Positions 1-9,377 of a stretch of DNA of 49,204 bases are shown piece by piece. Every line of letters begins with the position of its first letter. The first letter of the stretch is position 1. The position numbers and the translations under genes were made by a program. This DNA comes from an uncultured Thermoplasmatales archaeon. Its GTDB lineage: Archaea; Thermoplasmatota; E2; DHVEG-1; B18-G2. A model generated the notes under the pieces. It saw only the letters and a list, made by a program, of their open reading frames with translations, ran no database searches and had not been told where the DNA came from. Location: NCBI GenBank assembly GCA_964432835.1, contig CAYSPA010000001.1, forward strand, positions 1-49,204, written 5' to 3'.

Positions 1-153
1 GATGAGAGGAAAAGGTACTATGATAGGATTTTCAGGGAGGTCGAAAAATGGTGCAGGAGATATAACATTAAATTTGAAAGGGCTTTTTGAAGGCATTTTG
101 CTGGATTTGGACAATCAGATCCATCCTGACAAATGGTGAGAAAACGCTAAACT

Positions 154-1131
154 TCAACACTCCTCAATCGAAACACCCAAAGCAAAACCAAGATAGAAAA
201 TATCCAACTCGGTGGGAGAGGAGCTTGTCGGTATGGAGAGACCAGAAAACCCAACTATTCCTATACAAGATAGAAGAGGTAGCAGATACTGCAAGAAAAA
301 GGCAATTTGAATCGGTCCGCAAGATCTATAGCCCCCAATAAAACTGCCATTCCACATCTTTATCCCTTTAAGACCAATCGTGAACAACCATCCCTCGGAT
401 GGATAAACAGAGGGTATTTCGAATCCGATAAATTCTGTGCCAATGGAGACAAACGCCCCAAGATATGGCAAGGGTAATAATTGGGGGGCAAGGATAGGAT
501 ATAAAATGATTAGTGCTGCAGCGATTCCAAAAAAATCCGCCATCCGCGAAATAAAACTAAAATTCGTATATTGATCGAGGGTACAGAAAATTATGAAAAG
601 AACTTCCAGAATAGGTAACAGAGTGATGCGAGCAAGGGTATTAATAAGAAATCGTATGGGTGGCAACGTTAACGTATTGGTCATCCTTCCGCACACAAGG
701 CACACGAGATTATCGCTCATCCCAAACTGTTGTGATTTATTTACAATTGGTTGAAGTAGATGGAAAAATCTACTTTCACCCGTTACTAAACTCTGTATCT
801 CCTTTATGCGATGACGTGGTAGAAAACCATAATCTGCGAGCCTCTCAACGGTTTCATTGAATATCTTCTTTACTTCAAACATGCTTGAAGCATTTTTCAG
901 CTTCCACTTGGTCTCGTTGATGATTTTATTGAGATTTTGAATATCTTCTCCAGATACCTCCACGGTGAAGTTTTCTACACCAAATGGTGTAAGGAGTTGT
1001 ATGGTGATATTTTGTGCAGATACTGGTACATCATCTTGGATATTCCCTCGATTCTCTATTCCAATTGCTGGTACTGAAACTGAGAGTAAAATCAAAATCA
1101 CCATGAAGACCGAAGTTAGTAACCTCTTCAT
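154..1131 (-). CDS. Hypothetical membrane protein (N-terminal signal/anchor, N-x-S/T-rich extracytoplasmic domain, polytopic C-terminal half)
   Basis: 325-aa ORF with hydrophobic N-terminus MKRLLTSVFMVILILLSVSVPAIG and several hydrophobic segments in the C-terminal half. No catalytic motif recognised. Shares an NITI...YG[FI]L module with ORF 5871..6575. Confidence 0.6.
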   Translation of the reverse strand: MKRLLTSVFMVILILLSVSVPAIGIENRGNIQDDVPVSAQNITIQLLTPFGVENFTVEVSGEDIQNLNKIINETKWKLKNASSMFEVKKIFNETVERLADYGFLPRHRIKEIQSLVTGESRFFHLLQPIVNKSQQFGMSDNLVCLVCGRMTNTLTLPPIRFLINTLARITLLPILEVLFIIFCTLDQYTNFSFISRMADFFGIAAALIILYPILAPQLLPLPYLGAFVSIGTEFIGFEIPSVYPSEGWLFTIGLKGIKMWNGSFIGGYRSCGPIQIAFFLQYLLPLLSCIGIVGFSGLSIPTSSSPTELDIFYLGFALGVSIEEC

Positions 1132-1241
1132 GTTTCAATATCAAAATATGAGTTTAATTATTTATACTTTGCTAAGGATTTTCGGTGGAGAATGAAAAAA
1201 GACGGACAGACTTTAAAAAGTGCTTACCTTTTCAAAAAATC

Positions 1242-1658
1242 ATGAAAGCAGAAGTGGTGAACGTTAAGGGTCTTACATTCGTCGGAAAGGCAGAGAGCAA
1301 CCACTGGATGGTGATGGATGGAAGCAAGGAATTTGGTGGATTTGAAGCAGGAATCAAACCAATGGAAGCGATTCTTGTTGCACTCGGCGGATGTACGGGC
1401 ATGGATGTGGTATCGATCCTCAACAAAATGAAGGTAAACTTCGACTCCTTTGAGATAACAATCGATGCCGAGAGAGCGAAAGAACATCCAAAGGTTTTCA
1501 CAAAGATTCATCTCACCTACCGATTCAAGGGCAAAAATCTACCAAGAGACAAGATAGAAAAAGCAGTGAGATTGTCTCAGGAGAGATACTGCTCTGTCTC
1601 GGCGATGCTGGGAAAGGGCGCAGATATCGATTGGGAGATTGAGATAGCAGAGGAATAA
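1242..1658 (+). CDS. OsmC/Ohr-family peroxiredoxin-like protein
   Basis: ORF 1185..1658; ATG 1242 preferred (MKAEVVNVKG...). Two family-typical Cys contexts, LGGCTGMD and ERYCSVS. TATA-like CTTTAAAAAG lies about 26 nt upstream of 1242, suggesting a leaderless mRNA. Confidence 0.8.
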   Translation: MKAEVVNVKGLTFVGKAESNHWMVMDGSKEFGGFEAGIKPMEAILVALGGCTGMDVVSILNKMKVNFDSFEITIDAERAKEHPKVFTKIHLTYRFKGKNLPRDKIEKAVRLSQERYCSVSAMLGKGADIDWEIEIAEE

Positions 1659-1804
1659 AAAACTCCCACTAACTTCGATTTCCTCTATCTCCCGGCGCCG
1701 GCGCAAAGGTTGGAATTCAATAACATCCAGTAATTCTCATCTGTCGTGTGCGATGCGTTAACATTTAAATAGGAGCAGTATTATTGGTATTACGGGGGAT
1801 AAAA

Positions 1805-2347
1805 ATGAAAGTGAAATGGTTGGCTGTATCTGTGATATTGATGTTGTCTCTTTTCAGTCAGATTCCCGTGCAGGGGATCCAAAGTTCTGAAAGCAGAACC
1901 GGAGGCACAGTAGAAACAGTACATGTAGATGCTGGCAAGACAATCATTTACCTGGCACCATATCTTGATCTCCAAATATTCAACCCATGTCCATATGAAA
2001 TTAACAAAACGGTAGATATAAACAGGGATACCAATGTCTCACTGTATTTGGATGTGAGATGGGACGTACAACTCGATATGAACTACAATTTTCCAATTGC
2101 ATTGCTCTTCCTGAAAATGCAACTGTGCGATGAGTGGGGATTAGAGATAGACGCCGACAGAACCATACTCGTTGGTATAAGAGGTACGGAAAAGAAGGTG
2201 TATCTGGAAACGGAATATCTGGTGACTAACGTGAGTGAAAATTCAACCCTGTTTAACAGAGCACTCCTTTATGTGACAGCTATACCAGCGGGACCATTGA
2301 TGAGGACGAGGGTGATTGGTAGAGTAATAAATATCCATATCGTATGA
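1805..2347 (+). CDS. Secreted hypothetical protein (tandem paralogue 1)
   Basis: ORF 1784..2347; ATG 1805 gives the signal-peptide-like MKVKWLAVSVILMLSLFSQIPVQG with GGGGGAT upstream. Several N-x-S/T sequons. Aligns by eye with 2388..2942 (W[DN]V[QE][LV], FLK.[QE]L...[WK]G, C-terminal R....H[IF]V). Confidence 0.7.
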   Translation: MKVKWLAVSVILMLSLFSQIPVQGIQSSESRTGGTVETVHVDAGKTIIYLAPYLDLQIFNPCPYEINKTVDINRDTNVSLYLDVRWDVQLDMNYNFPIALLFLKMQLCDEWGLEIDADRTILVGIRGTEKKVYLETEYLVTNVSENSTLFNRALLYVTAIPAGPLMRTRVIGRVINIHIV

Positions 2348-2387
2348 TAACGGTGATACTTAGTAGAATGTAAAGGGGGTTGAGTGG

Positions 2388-2942
2388 ATGAGATGGTTGT
2401 TTGCACTTGCGGTTGCTTTTATTCTACCCCTTTCTACTGGCACCGCCGGCACCGCACCACACGGGCAGAAAACACTCTGTGGAGTGAGCACAGATTTTGA
2501 TATCTCAGTTATCGTCGAGCTCGACCCAGGGCTAGAACCCAATATTCTGAGTGAGAGAAACCTCACCATAGAAAAGGAAATCCCGGTCAACTGGTCGATG
2601 GATGGCCATGTGAACTGCACTTGGGCAAGTTCATATCACGTCTGCTGGAACGTGGAGGTCGTTCCCGCATGTCTTGCGCCATTCGTTATCGGTTTCCTGA
2701 AAGCAGAGCTCTACAACGAAAAAGGTGAACAGGAAGATATCTGTTTTGCAGTTGCATTCACCCCAGCAGTCAATACGGGTGCAGAGAAATTAGTGAAGAT
2801 GAACCTCCTAAGTAAAGGCTTCCTCATAGAGAAAAACATGACCGTGACCATGAAGACGAGGTTTGTTGCTTTCCTGTTCCCGAGCTTACCGCCTTTCAAG
2901 ACACCAACTATCGAGAGAACACTGGTTGCTCACTTCGTATAA
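2388..2942 (+). CDS. Secreted hypothetical protein (tandem paralogue 2)
   Basis: 184-aa ORF with AAAGGGGGT upstream of the ATG, signal-like MRWLFALAVAFILPLSTGTAG, and several Cys and N-x-S/T sequons. Similar by eye to 1805..2347. Confidence 0.7.
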   Translation: MRWLFALAVAFILPLSTGTAGTAPHGQKTLCGVSTDFDISVIVELDPGLEPNILSERNLTIEKEIPVNWSMDGHVNCTWASSYHVCWNVEVVPACLAPFVIGFLKAELYNEKGEQEDICFAVAFTPAVNTGAEKLVKMNLLSKGFLIEKNMTVTMKTRFVAFLFPSLPPFKTPTIERTLVAHFV

Positions 2943-2967
2943 CGTCATCGACAGCATTCTCTTTTCT

Positions 2968-4050
2968 TTATGACAACTGATCAGATTCCATACCAGATAA
3001 CTCAATAAACCTTTTCAAAATCCTGCAGAGGTCTAAAAGATCGTCAACAGCGATACTTTCTCTCTCAGTATGAGCCAGACTCAAATCTCCCGCACCGAAC
3101 ACAACAGATGGTATCCCTTTTTCAATCAGATTCGCCGCATCGGTCCACGCGGGCATACCCGAATATCTAACTCTTCTGATTCCCCTCATCGCCCTCTCGA
3201 GGAGTTTCACCACATTCTCATCCCTTGAGATTTCAACCGGCTGATCAAAGATCTTGACCTGCGCGCCGGCGCCGTACTTGGCGAGTATCTCATCGACCTG
3301 ATCCTTTATTGCTGAGATATCATCTCCCGGAAATATGGGAATATCTATCTCTCCAACGCATCTATCTGGAACAACCTGGCAATCTCTTCCTCCCCTGATC
3401 CATCCCAGAGTGACTCCAGATTCTTTGAAATCCTTTGGTCTGTTTTTGATATGTTCCATGGATTTGAGAGCAAGATAGATTTCGATGAATACATCGATGG
3501 CATTTTTTCCTGCAAGAGGCGTTGCGCCGTGCGATGACCTTCCTCTCGTTTCCAATCTGATCTCTATGCTCCCCGCCTGTCTTGTACAGATCGCAAAGTT
3601 TGTCGGCTCGAGAACGAGGGCTCCATCGAATTTCCATCTTGGTGTGAATCTATCAGAACCTTCTGCATCCCTCTCTTCGTCCACGAAGAGTGCAATGGCG
3701 CAGGGCGCATCTGTATTTTCCAGAGCAACAAGAAGGGATGCAATTTGACCCTTTGTATCTACTGCTCCTCTGCCAAAAATCCTTTCGTCTCCGAATCTTG
3801 GTTTAAATGCTCTCCTGAATCCCCACGGTGGTACAGTATCGACGTGAGTTGCTATCAGATATCTGGCTTTTCCACGATATGCAAAAAGATTGTATCTTGA
3901 ATCAATCTCTTCTCTTCCGACATTCAAACCAATCTCAAGAAGATGTTTTTCCAGAAAATCCACTAACCTATTTTCTTCTCCAGTTACGCTCCTTATCGAT
4001 ATCAGCTTTTCCAACATTTCTATCAATCTTCTCTTATCATCCTGAGCCAT
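2968..4050 (-). CDS. M20-family metallohydrolase (ArgE/DapE/LysK-like deacylase)
   Basis: 360 aa. THVDTVPP metal-ligand motif, VDEERDAEGS (catalytic/metal Glu pair), GAGDLSLAHTERE near the C-terminus. Overall ArgE/DapE-like layout. Confidence 0.8.
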   Translation of the reverse strand: MAQDDKRRLIEMLEKLISIRSVTGEENRLVDFLEKHLLEIGLNVGREEIDSRYNLFAYRGKARYLIATHVDTVPPWGFRRAFKPRFGDERIFGRGAVDTKGQIASLLVALENTDAPCAIALFVDEERDAEGSDRFTPRWKFDGALVLEPTNFAICTRQAGSIEIRLETRGRSSHGATPLAGKNAIDVFIEIYLALKSMEHIKNRPKDFKESGVTLGWIRGGRDCQVVPDRCVGEIDIPIFPGDDISAIKDQVDEILAKYGAGAQVKIFDQPVEISRDENVVKLLERAMRGIRRVRYSGMPAWTDAANLIEKGIPSVVFGAGDLSLAHTERESIAVDDLLDLCRILKRFIELSGMESDQLS

Positions 4051-4487
4051 ACACCCACCTTACCAACCACACGAAATCCCATTCTTCCATAGAATCTGAT
4101 CGCCTTGAAATTTTTCTCTCCGACCCACAGGCCGATGGTGTCATGATATCTTTTCAGGATTTCAATCTCCCTCTCCAGCAGTCCTCTCCCTATTCCCTTT
4201 CCCTGAAACTCCTTCCTGACAACGAGCTCGTGAATCTCCCCTATGTCGCCATAGGTCTTGTCCCACCAGTTTCTCGCTCCTGCTATGAAACCAATGATTT
4301 TTTCATCTTCTATAGCTACAAGGAAAACCTCCGGATCACAGCGGTAGAGCCATTTCAGATATCTCCTTGCATCTCCTCTCGTTCTGTAGGCATACTCTTC
4401 CATATCCCTGTATCCGTCCATGTACACATCTATAAGTTCGCCAAGTATTTCTCTGAATTTGCCCTCATCGACCCTCTCTACCCTCAT
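4023..4487 (-). CDS. GNAT-family N-acetyltransferase
   Basis: 154 aa with the acetyl-CoA binding motif VVRKEFQGKGIGRGLL. Directly abuts the EndoQ stop and overlaps the M20 gene start. Confidence 0.8.
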   Translation of the reverse strand: MRVERVDEGKFREILGELIDVYMDGYRDMEEYAYRTRGDARRYLKWLYRCDPEVFLVAIEDEKIIGFIAGARNWWDKTYGDIGEIHELVVRKEFQGKGIGRGLLEREIEILKRYHDTIGLWVGEKNFKAIRFYGRMGFRVVGKVGVWLRMIRED

Positions 4488-5708
4488 CTAAAAGTCCAGT
4501 AAGCTTTTCTGACGATTAAAGTTTACAGGTATGTACTCCTCAGATGGGTGAATTTCTATCACACCATACTTCCCGCCGCCGCCTGGTATGATTTTTACTT
4601 TACCCCTTCTAAAAAGGTCTATCGCCTCCGCCACTGCTGGATTGCTATATATGGCTATTTCATCGATACTTGCATCTACGAGGACATTAACTTCACTGCC
4701 GAAATGAGAAACCAGATTCTCCCACAAACTCTCAACTTTCTTGGTGAAGACACTGCTCTGACCTATGGCTTTGGCAATGATCTCCGTTAGAGGGATGATG
4801 TGCAGATAGGGTGGCCTGTGATCTGGATGCCTTGGTTCTTCAAGGTCGGCAAGTTCTCTGACTCTATCCTTCACTCCCTTCTTTATTCTTCCCCCGCATG
4901 GGCATTTCCAGCCTCTTGCTATGGCTTCTTCAAGGGAGAAATGCCTGTAACATTTTATGCAGGCGGTTTCATTGTACTTTCCTTCCTGGGGTGGAAAGCC
5001 AACGTTGAGTACAACTTTGTTACCTCCTCTCCTCAGTATGGCTTTTCTGATTTCTTCGAATGTTGCATCTTTAACTTCCATTCTATTAAATTCTCTTGCG
5101 AGCCTGACCGGATGAGGAGAATGTGAATCGGAATTGGTGAGGAATGTTAGTCTGTGCAATTCTGAGATTCTATCCGCATAGTCTGAATCTGCACTCAATC
5201 CGAGTTCGAGGAAAGAGACATAATCTGCGAGGTCACCATAGCAATCTTTCAGAGAGTTGTGGTAGGCATACATTGCAGTCCATGGTGTAAAGGCATGAGC
5301 GGGTCCTATGAGAATGTCGAGATCTTTCGCGATCTGTGCTATTTCAATTCCGCTTAACCTAATCTTTGGTCTGCCATCACCATCGAGATCCGTTGAGAAC
5401 TTCTCTACCCTTTTTCTGAACTCCTCAACCTGGGAGAATGAGGGAAAATACAGAAGATGATGCACCCTGTTCATATCTTCAACTTCGGTGCTCAGTATGA
5501 ATCTCGTCCCCCTCTTTTCGAAAGTTCCATCATCGATTTTCTTGCATTCCTTTATTTCCTTCTGCCATTCCCCGTGTAAACAATCACCCGTTGCGAGAAT
5601 ATCTATGCCTTTCTTTGGAGCCGATTCTGCGAGTTTTTTAATGGTCATAGAGCTGCTTGTTGCCCCAGAGAATCTGGAATGAATGTGGAGATCCGCATTG
5701 ATCTGCAT
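4488..5708 (-). CDS. endoQ: Endonuclease Q (PHP-domain deaminated-base endonuclease)
   Basis: 406 aa. N-terminal PHP motif DLHIHSRFSGA, then GPAHAFTPWTAMY, LELGLSADSDYADRI, NSDSHSPHPVRLAREFNRMEVKDATFEEIRKAI, Zn-finger CIKC...CPCGG, IPGGGGKYG and C-terminal QKSLLDF. Closely resembles Thermococcales EndoQ as I remember it. Confidence 0.85.
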   Translation of the reverse strand: MQINADLHIHSRFSGATSSSMTIKKLAESAPKKGIDILATGDCLHGEWQKEIKECKKIDDGTFEKRGTRFILSTEVEDMNRVHHLLYFPSFSQVEEFRKRVEKFSTDLDGDGRPKIRLSGIEIAQIAKDLDILIGPAHAFTPWTAMYAYHNSLKDCYGDLADYVSFLELGLSADSDYADRISELHRLTFLTNSDSHSPHPVRLAREFNRMEVKDATFEEIRKAILRRGGNKVVLNVGFPPQEGKYNETACIKCYRHFSLEEAIARGWKCPCGGRIKKGVKDRVRELADLEEPRHPDHRPPYLHIIPLTEIIAKAIGQSSVFTKKVESLWENLVSHFGSEVNVLVDASIDEIAIYSNPAVAEAIDLFRRGKVKIIPGGGGKYGVIEIHPSEEYIPVNFNRQKSLLDF

Positions 5709-5870
5709 TTCCCAACAGATGCATCCAGAGAGATGTATATAGTGGTTGTTATTTCAAAAATCCGCAAATTCGCAGGTAACATTAAAACTGGATACGATGC
5801 ACGATGGGGTAGCCATCAGAACATATCCACATTGATATCAATTAAATTTAAATATCGAAGATTTAATTAG

Positions 5871-6575
5871 ATGATATCCATGCTTAGGATATACCGTATG
5901 GGTTTGGTTGCGGCTACGTTTTTCCTGCTTATTGGAGCAACCATCTATCAAGCCGTTGGGCTGAATGGTGTAGAGAAACAAAAAAGCGATATCGAGGATG
6001 GAAATGATGGATTTTACAATATAACGATTTACAAATTCAAAAATGGAGCGATTGAAAAGGTTGTGAAAAAGCTTTCTTATAAAGAAGCGGAAGAAATCAA
6101 AAGGCAATTTTCACTTGTAGACCGCTCTCAAGATAACTATCTGGAAAAGACTTTGAAGAAACTTAATGTATTGATACAGTATGGTATCTTATCGAGGGAT
6201 GATATAGGCTGGAGAAATGGATCTTTGCCACCGCATATTTCATCTAAAACGCGTTGTGCAGAAAAACCATTCATTTACGGTGTGATGGGTTTAATTCTCG
6301 GAATATGCGAACTTTCCTCAGACGTTTACTTTAACTTCGGGATGTGGGTATTTTCCATTTGTCCTTTCGTCGTGTATGGACACGGTAATGGCACCGTAAG
6401 ATATCTTGAACTTCCCGACTCCCCCCTTCCCTCAGAGTACTATGTGCTGAATTTTAACGAATGGATTTTCGCAGCTTCGTTCACGTTAGTTGGTGTTTTT
6501 CTTTTCATCCCGTTTGCATCTCCAGCTGGGCTTTTCGCAGGTTTTACAATCTTCACCATGGTGGCGGGAGAGTAG
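5871..6575 (+). CDS. Hypothetical membrane protein
   Basis: 234 aa with an N-terminal anchor (GLVAATFFLLIGATIY), a soluble K/E-rich segment and a hydrophobic C-terminal half. Start could be 5871, 5880 or 5898. Module similarity to 154..1131. Confidence 0.6.
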   Translation: MISMLRIYRMGLVAATFFLLIGATIYQAVGLNGVEKQKSDIEDGNDGFYNITIYKFKNGAIEKVVKKLSYKEAEEIKRQFSLVDRSQDNYLEKTLKKLNVLIQYGILSRDDIGWRNGSLPPHISSKTRCAEKPFIYGVMGLILGICELSSDVYFNFGMWVFSICPFVVYGHGNGTVRYLELPDSPLPSEYYVLNFNEWIFAASFTLVGVFLFIPFASPAGLFAGFTIFTMVAGE

Positions 6576-6685
6576 GAGAATTTACGTATCCGCTAATTGT
6601 GGATTTTACAGATATAAACCCAAGTTGAGCGGAAACCGGATACAAAGGGGAACGAAACCTTTACAGCAAAATCATTTGGGCAAGA

Positions 6686-6757
6686 TGGACTCGTGGGGAT
6701 TCGAACCCCAGGCCTCCCCCATGCCAAGGGGGCGATCTACCGCTGATCTACGAGCCC
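6686..6757 (-). tRNA. tRNA-Ala (anticodon GGC)
   Basis: The reverse complement folds as a canonical 72-nt cloverleaf: GGGCTCG/TA/GATC-AGCGGTA-GATC/G/CCCCC-TTGGCAT-GGGGG/AGGCC/TGGGG-TTCGAAT-CCCCA/CGAGTCC/A. G3:U70 alanine identity pair present. No encoded CCA and no intron. Confidence 0.95.
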
Positions 6758-6783
6758 ACTATTCTATAATAAAGGAAAGCGGG

Positions 6784-6791
6784 TATATAAA
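6784..6791 (-). promoter_or_regulatory. TATA box for tRNA-Ala
   Basis: The minus strand reads TTTATATA, centred about 30 nt upstream of tRNA position 1. Confidence 0.6.
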
Positions 6792-6834
6792 AATTTACAG
6801 AGGACATTTCCCATAATGTTCATAAAAATCTTTA

Positions 6835-7166
6835 GCGGGCGCAGGAGAACCGGAGGTGGACACGCTGGTATAGGGGCGATTTAGCCCACCCACCTTCTTA
6901 ACCCCGTTTACCCCCAGAGCATCGGCGGTCCGCGATGAGGCTGCTCCCTTCCGGGCCTGACCCGGTTTTCGCGGCAAAGGCGGGCATGTTGCCCTCCGAC
7001 AACATGCTACCGCCACCCCCAATCCCTGGGGACGAGGTCTCATCGTTGATGGGTGGATCGCCCCTTACACCAGTGTGCCGCCCTCCGGCTTTCGGCTCCG
7101 GCGTATAGGGGATTTCCGGTTGCAGGGGACCCCTAACCCCCCAGCCTATCCTGCGCCTTTCGCCGG
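6835..7166 (-). ncRNA. Signal recognition particle RNA (archaeal 7S RNA)
   Basis: About 320-330-nt GC-rich block in an AT-rich context. The minus strand contains the helix-8 signature GGTCAGGCCCGGAAGGGAGCAGCC. The termini pair (GGCGCAGGA ... TCCTGCGCC), and the long helix-5 arms pair (GGGGCGATCCACCCATC ... GGTGGGTGGGCTAAATCGCCCC). A T5 tract follows the 3' end. Ends are good to about +/-10 nt. Confidence 0.9.
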
Positions 7167-7167
7167 A

Positions 7168-7416
7168 CTATAAGGTTTTTTTGTTCCAATTCTTAAAAAA
7201 CCTTACGAATATCCATGTCATTGATACTGAGAGAGGTGCTATGCATGCCCCTGCATACATCAGATATGTCTGTGCAAATCCAACACTTCCATTTCCAAAG
7301 TAGAAGCCGGCTCTGTAGAAGTTCAACGACATTAGAATTATCGATATCACGGCGATGACAAACATGATGATATCCACTATTAAGATTATACCTTCTCTCG
7401 TATCTCTCAATGGCAT
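7168..7416 (-). CDS. Small hypothetical membrane protein (uncertain)
   Basis: 82-aa ORF with 2-3 hydrophobic helices. Its 3' end would have to contain the SRP RNA promoter (TTTTTTAAGAA on the minus strand near 7190), so it may not be real. Confidence 0.35.
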   Translation of the reverse strand: MPLRDTREGIILIVDIIMFVIAVISIILMSLNFYRAGFYFGNGSVGFAQTYLMYAGACIAPLSVSMTWIFVRFFKNWNKKTL

Positions 7417-7488
7417 ACTCTGAAATAGACGGAATGCTATTTGAAAGTTGTGCCGGGCCGATGGTTTGGTATTGCGAAAACATGAGGG

Positions 7489-8976
7489 GTGTGGAACTTG
7501 AAAATAAAAGATGCCCTGAAAATCGTATCCGACAAACAGAGGGAACTTTTCCTCATTGGGGGAGTGATATCTCTCCTGGACTGGGACCAGAAGACATATA
7601 TGCCAAGGAAAGCCCTCACCGATAGGTCCAAACAGCTCTCTCTTCTATCTAAAAGAGCACATGAGATACTGCTCTCGGATGAGCTCTGGAAAAGCGTGAC
7701 CTTCCTGTCAGATAAAGAGAATATAGAAAGGCTCCATCAGAAGGACAGAATCATAGTTGAAAGGTTGAAGAAAGATGCCGAAAAGGCGAGGAAGATTCCC
7801 GCAGATTTCATAGAGAGGTTGAGCAGGGCGGAGGCGCTCTCCTACTCCGCCTGGGAAGTTGCAAAGAAGAGGTCGAGGTTTGATATCTTTCTTCCACATC
7901 TGGAAAAACTGGTGGAACTGAAAAGAGAATACTGCGATTATATTGGTCTGAAAGGACATATCTACAACAACCTCCTGGATGATTACGAGGAAGGAATGAC
8001 TTATGAAAGGTTAAAAAACGCCTTCGATTATCTAAGGAGTAGATTATCAAAACTTCTGGATAGATTTGAAAGCGAAGAAGATACCGAGATACATATCGGC
8101 ATAAGATCTCAGGAAAAACTGTGCAAAATCATACTCAAATATCTCGGTTTAGGCAGGGATAGTTTCAGAATCGATATCTCGGAGCACCCTTTCACAACCA
8201 GATTATCTACGTTCGATGTCAGGATAACCACGAGATTCTCCAAGAAAAATCCATTATCGTCTCTTTTCTCAACTTTACACGAAGCGGGACACGCCATATA
8301 CGAGTTGAACCTCCCAAAGGGTAAATTCAGATACACCGTTATATCCGATGCTCCATCCCTGGGCTTACACGAATCTCAATCAAGATTCTGGGAAAACGTG
8401 ATCGGCAGGAGTTACAATTTCTGGAAATTCTTCTACCCCATTCTCAGAAAAGTAGAATCCCGAATCAATCTGGATATGGAGGATGTTTACAGGCATGTCA
8501 ATACAGTGAAAAGGTCGATGATAAGAACCGATGCGGATGAAATCAGTTACAATCTACATATAATCCTGAGATTCGAGCTGGAAACGAAACTAATCGAGGG
8601 AAAAATAGAAGCAAAGGAGTTGCCGGACTTATGGAATGAAAAGATGGAGGAACTCATGGGAGTCCGTCCAAAAACCGATAGAGAGGGAGTTCTGCAGGAC
8701 ATGCACTGGAGCACCGGAGATTTTGGATATTTTCCGAGCTACACGATTGGAAATATATATTCTGCCCAGCAATTATACTCGATGAGAAGGGATCTCGGAG
8801 AGATGGATTCGATGGTGGAGAGCGGAAACTTTGAGGAAATCAAAAAGTGGCTCAACACAAATATCCACAGATATGGCAGAATGTACACATCTGAAGAGAT
8901 AATGAAGATATGCTGTGGCGAGGGCTTGAATCCGAGAATCTTTATAAGATATCTCGAGGAAAAGTTCGGTAAGTGA
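7489..8976 (+). CDS. M32 carboxypeptidase (thermostable carboxypeptidase 1 / Taq type)
   Basis: 495 aa with HEXXH as LHEAGHAIYE, plus HESQSRFWEN and DEISYNLHIILRFELE. Start ambiguous (GTG 7489 or TTG 7498 behind GAGGGGTG). Confidence 0.9.
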   Translation: MWNLKIKDALKIVSDKQRELFLIGGVISLLDWDQKTYMPRKALTDRSKQLSLLSKRAHEILLSDELWKSVTFLSDKENIERLHQKDRIIVERLKKDAEKARKIPADFIERLSRAEALSYSAWEVAKKRSRFDIFLPHLEKLVELKREYCDYIGLKGHIYNNLLDDYEEGMTYERLKNAFDYLRSRLSKLLDRFESEEDTEIHIGIRSQEKLCKIILKYLGLGRDSFRIDISEHPFTTRLSTFDVRITTRFSKKNPLSSLFSTLHEAGHAIYELNLPKGKFRYTVISDAPSLGLHESQSRFWENVIGRSYNFWKFFYPILRKVESRINLDMEDVYRHVNTVKRSMIRTDADEISYNLHIILRFELETKLIEGKIEAKELPDLWNEKMEELMGVRPKTDREGVLQDMHWSTGDFGYFPSYTIGNIYSAQQLYSMRRDLGEMDSMVESGNFEEIKKWLNTNIHRYGRMYTSEEIMKICCGEGLNPRIFIRYLEEKFGK

Positions 8977-9047
8977 CTCGCTCAAAAAATCCGAAATCGA
9001 TATTAATAAATATTGACAAAAGTTATCATTAGGCAAAGGTTGAAAAA

Positions 9048-9350
9048 ATGGGGATCAGCATCAAGATTTACAAGAAAGGTGAGGATATCCTCATAGGAGC
9101 ATGCGACGAGGAACTACTCGGCAAGAGATTAAAAGAAGGAAAATTCAGGTTACACGTCAAAAAGACTTTTTATGGTGGGAGAATCGTCGATGAAAAAACA
9201 TTCGCTGCCTATCTGAAAGAAGCCACTATCGCAAATCTCGTTGGAAAAAGAACAGTCGAGTGTGCAATAAAGATGGGGTACGTGAATCCCAGATGTGTGC
9301 TCTATATCCAGGGAGTCCCTCATGCCCAGATGGTGAAGATGCTGGAGTGA
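9048..9350 (+). CDS. DUF424-family protein
   Basis: 100 aa. ILIGACDEELLGKRLKEGKFRLHVKKTFYGG matches the conserved archaeal DUF424 pattern. Confidence 0.7.
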   Translation: MGISIKIYKKGEDILIGACDEELLGKRLKEGKFRLHVKKTFYGGRIVDEKTFAAYLKEATIANLVGKRTVECAIKMGYVNPRCVLYIQGVPHAQMVKMLE

Positions 9351-9377
9351 ATTGCAAATCAAATCGGACAGGCATTA

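Noticed and set aside
1-90. Open frame running in from the left edge (DERKRYYDRIFREVEKWCRRYNIKFERAF*), possibly the 3' end of a gene.
   Set aside because: Only 29 codons are visible and there is no motif, so it cannot be supported as a feature.
1690-1705. GC-rich palindromic string CCGGCGCCGGCG in the intergenic region after the OsmC-like gene.
   Set aside because: It is short. Similar GGCGCCGGCGCC strings elsewhere in the window are simply Gly-Ala-Gly-Ala codons inside genes. There is no evidence of function.
3828-4502. 224-aa plus-strand ORF.
   Set aside because: It is entirely antisense to the well-supported M20 peptidase and GNAT genes. Its composition is low-complexity S/L/F/H-rich, which marks it as a shadow ORF.
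6490-7043. ORFs 6490..6816 (+) and 6795..7043 (-).
   Set aside because: They overlap tRNA-Ala and the SRP RNA. The Arg/Pro/Gly-rich translations are artefacts of GC-rich structured RNA.
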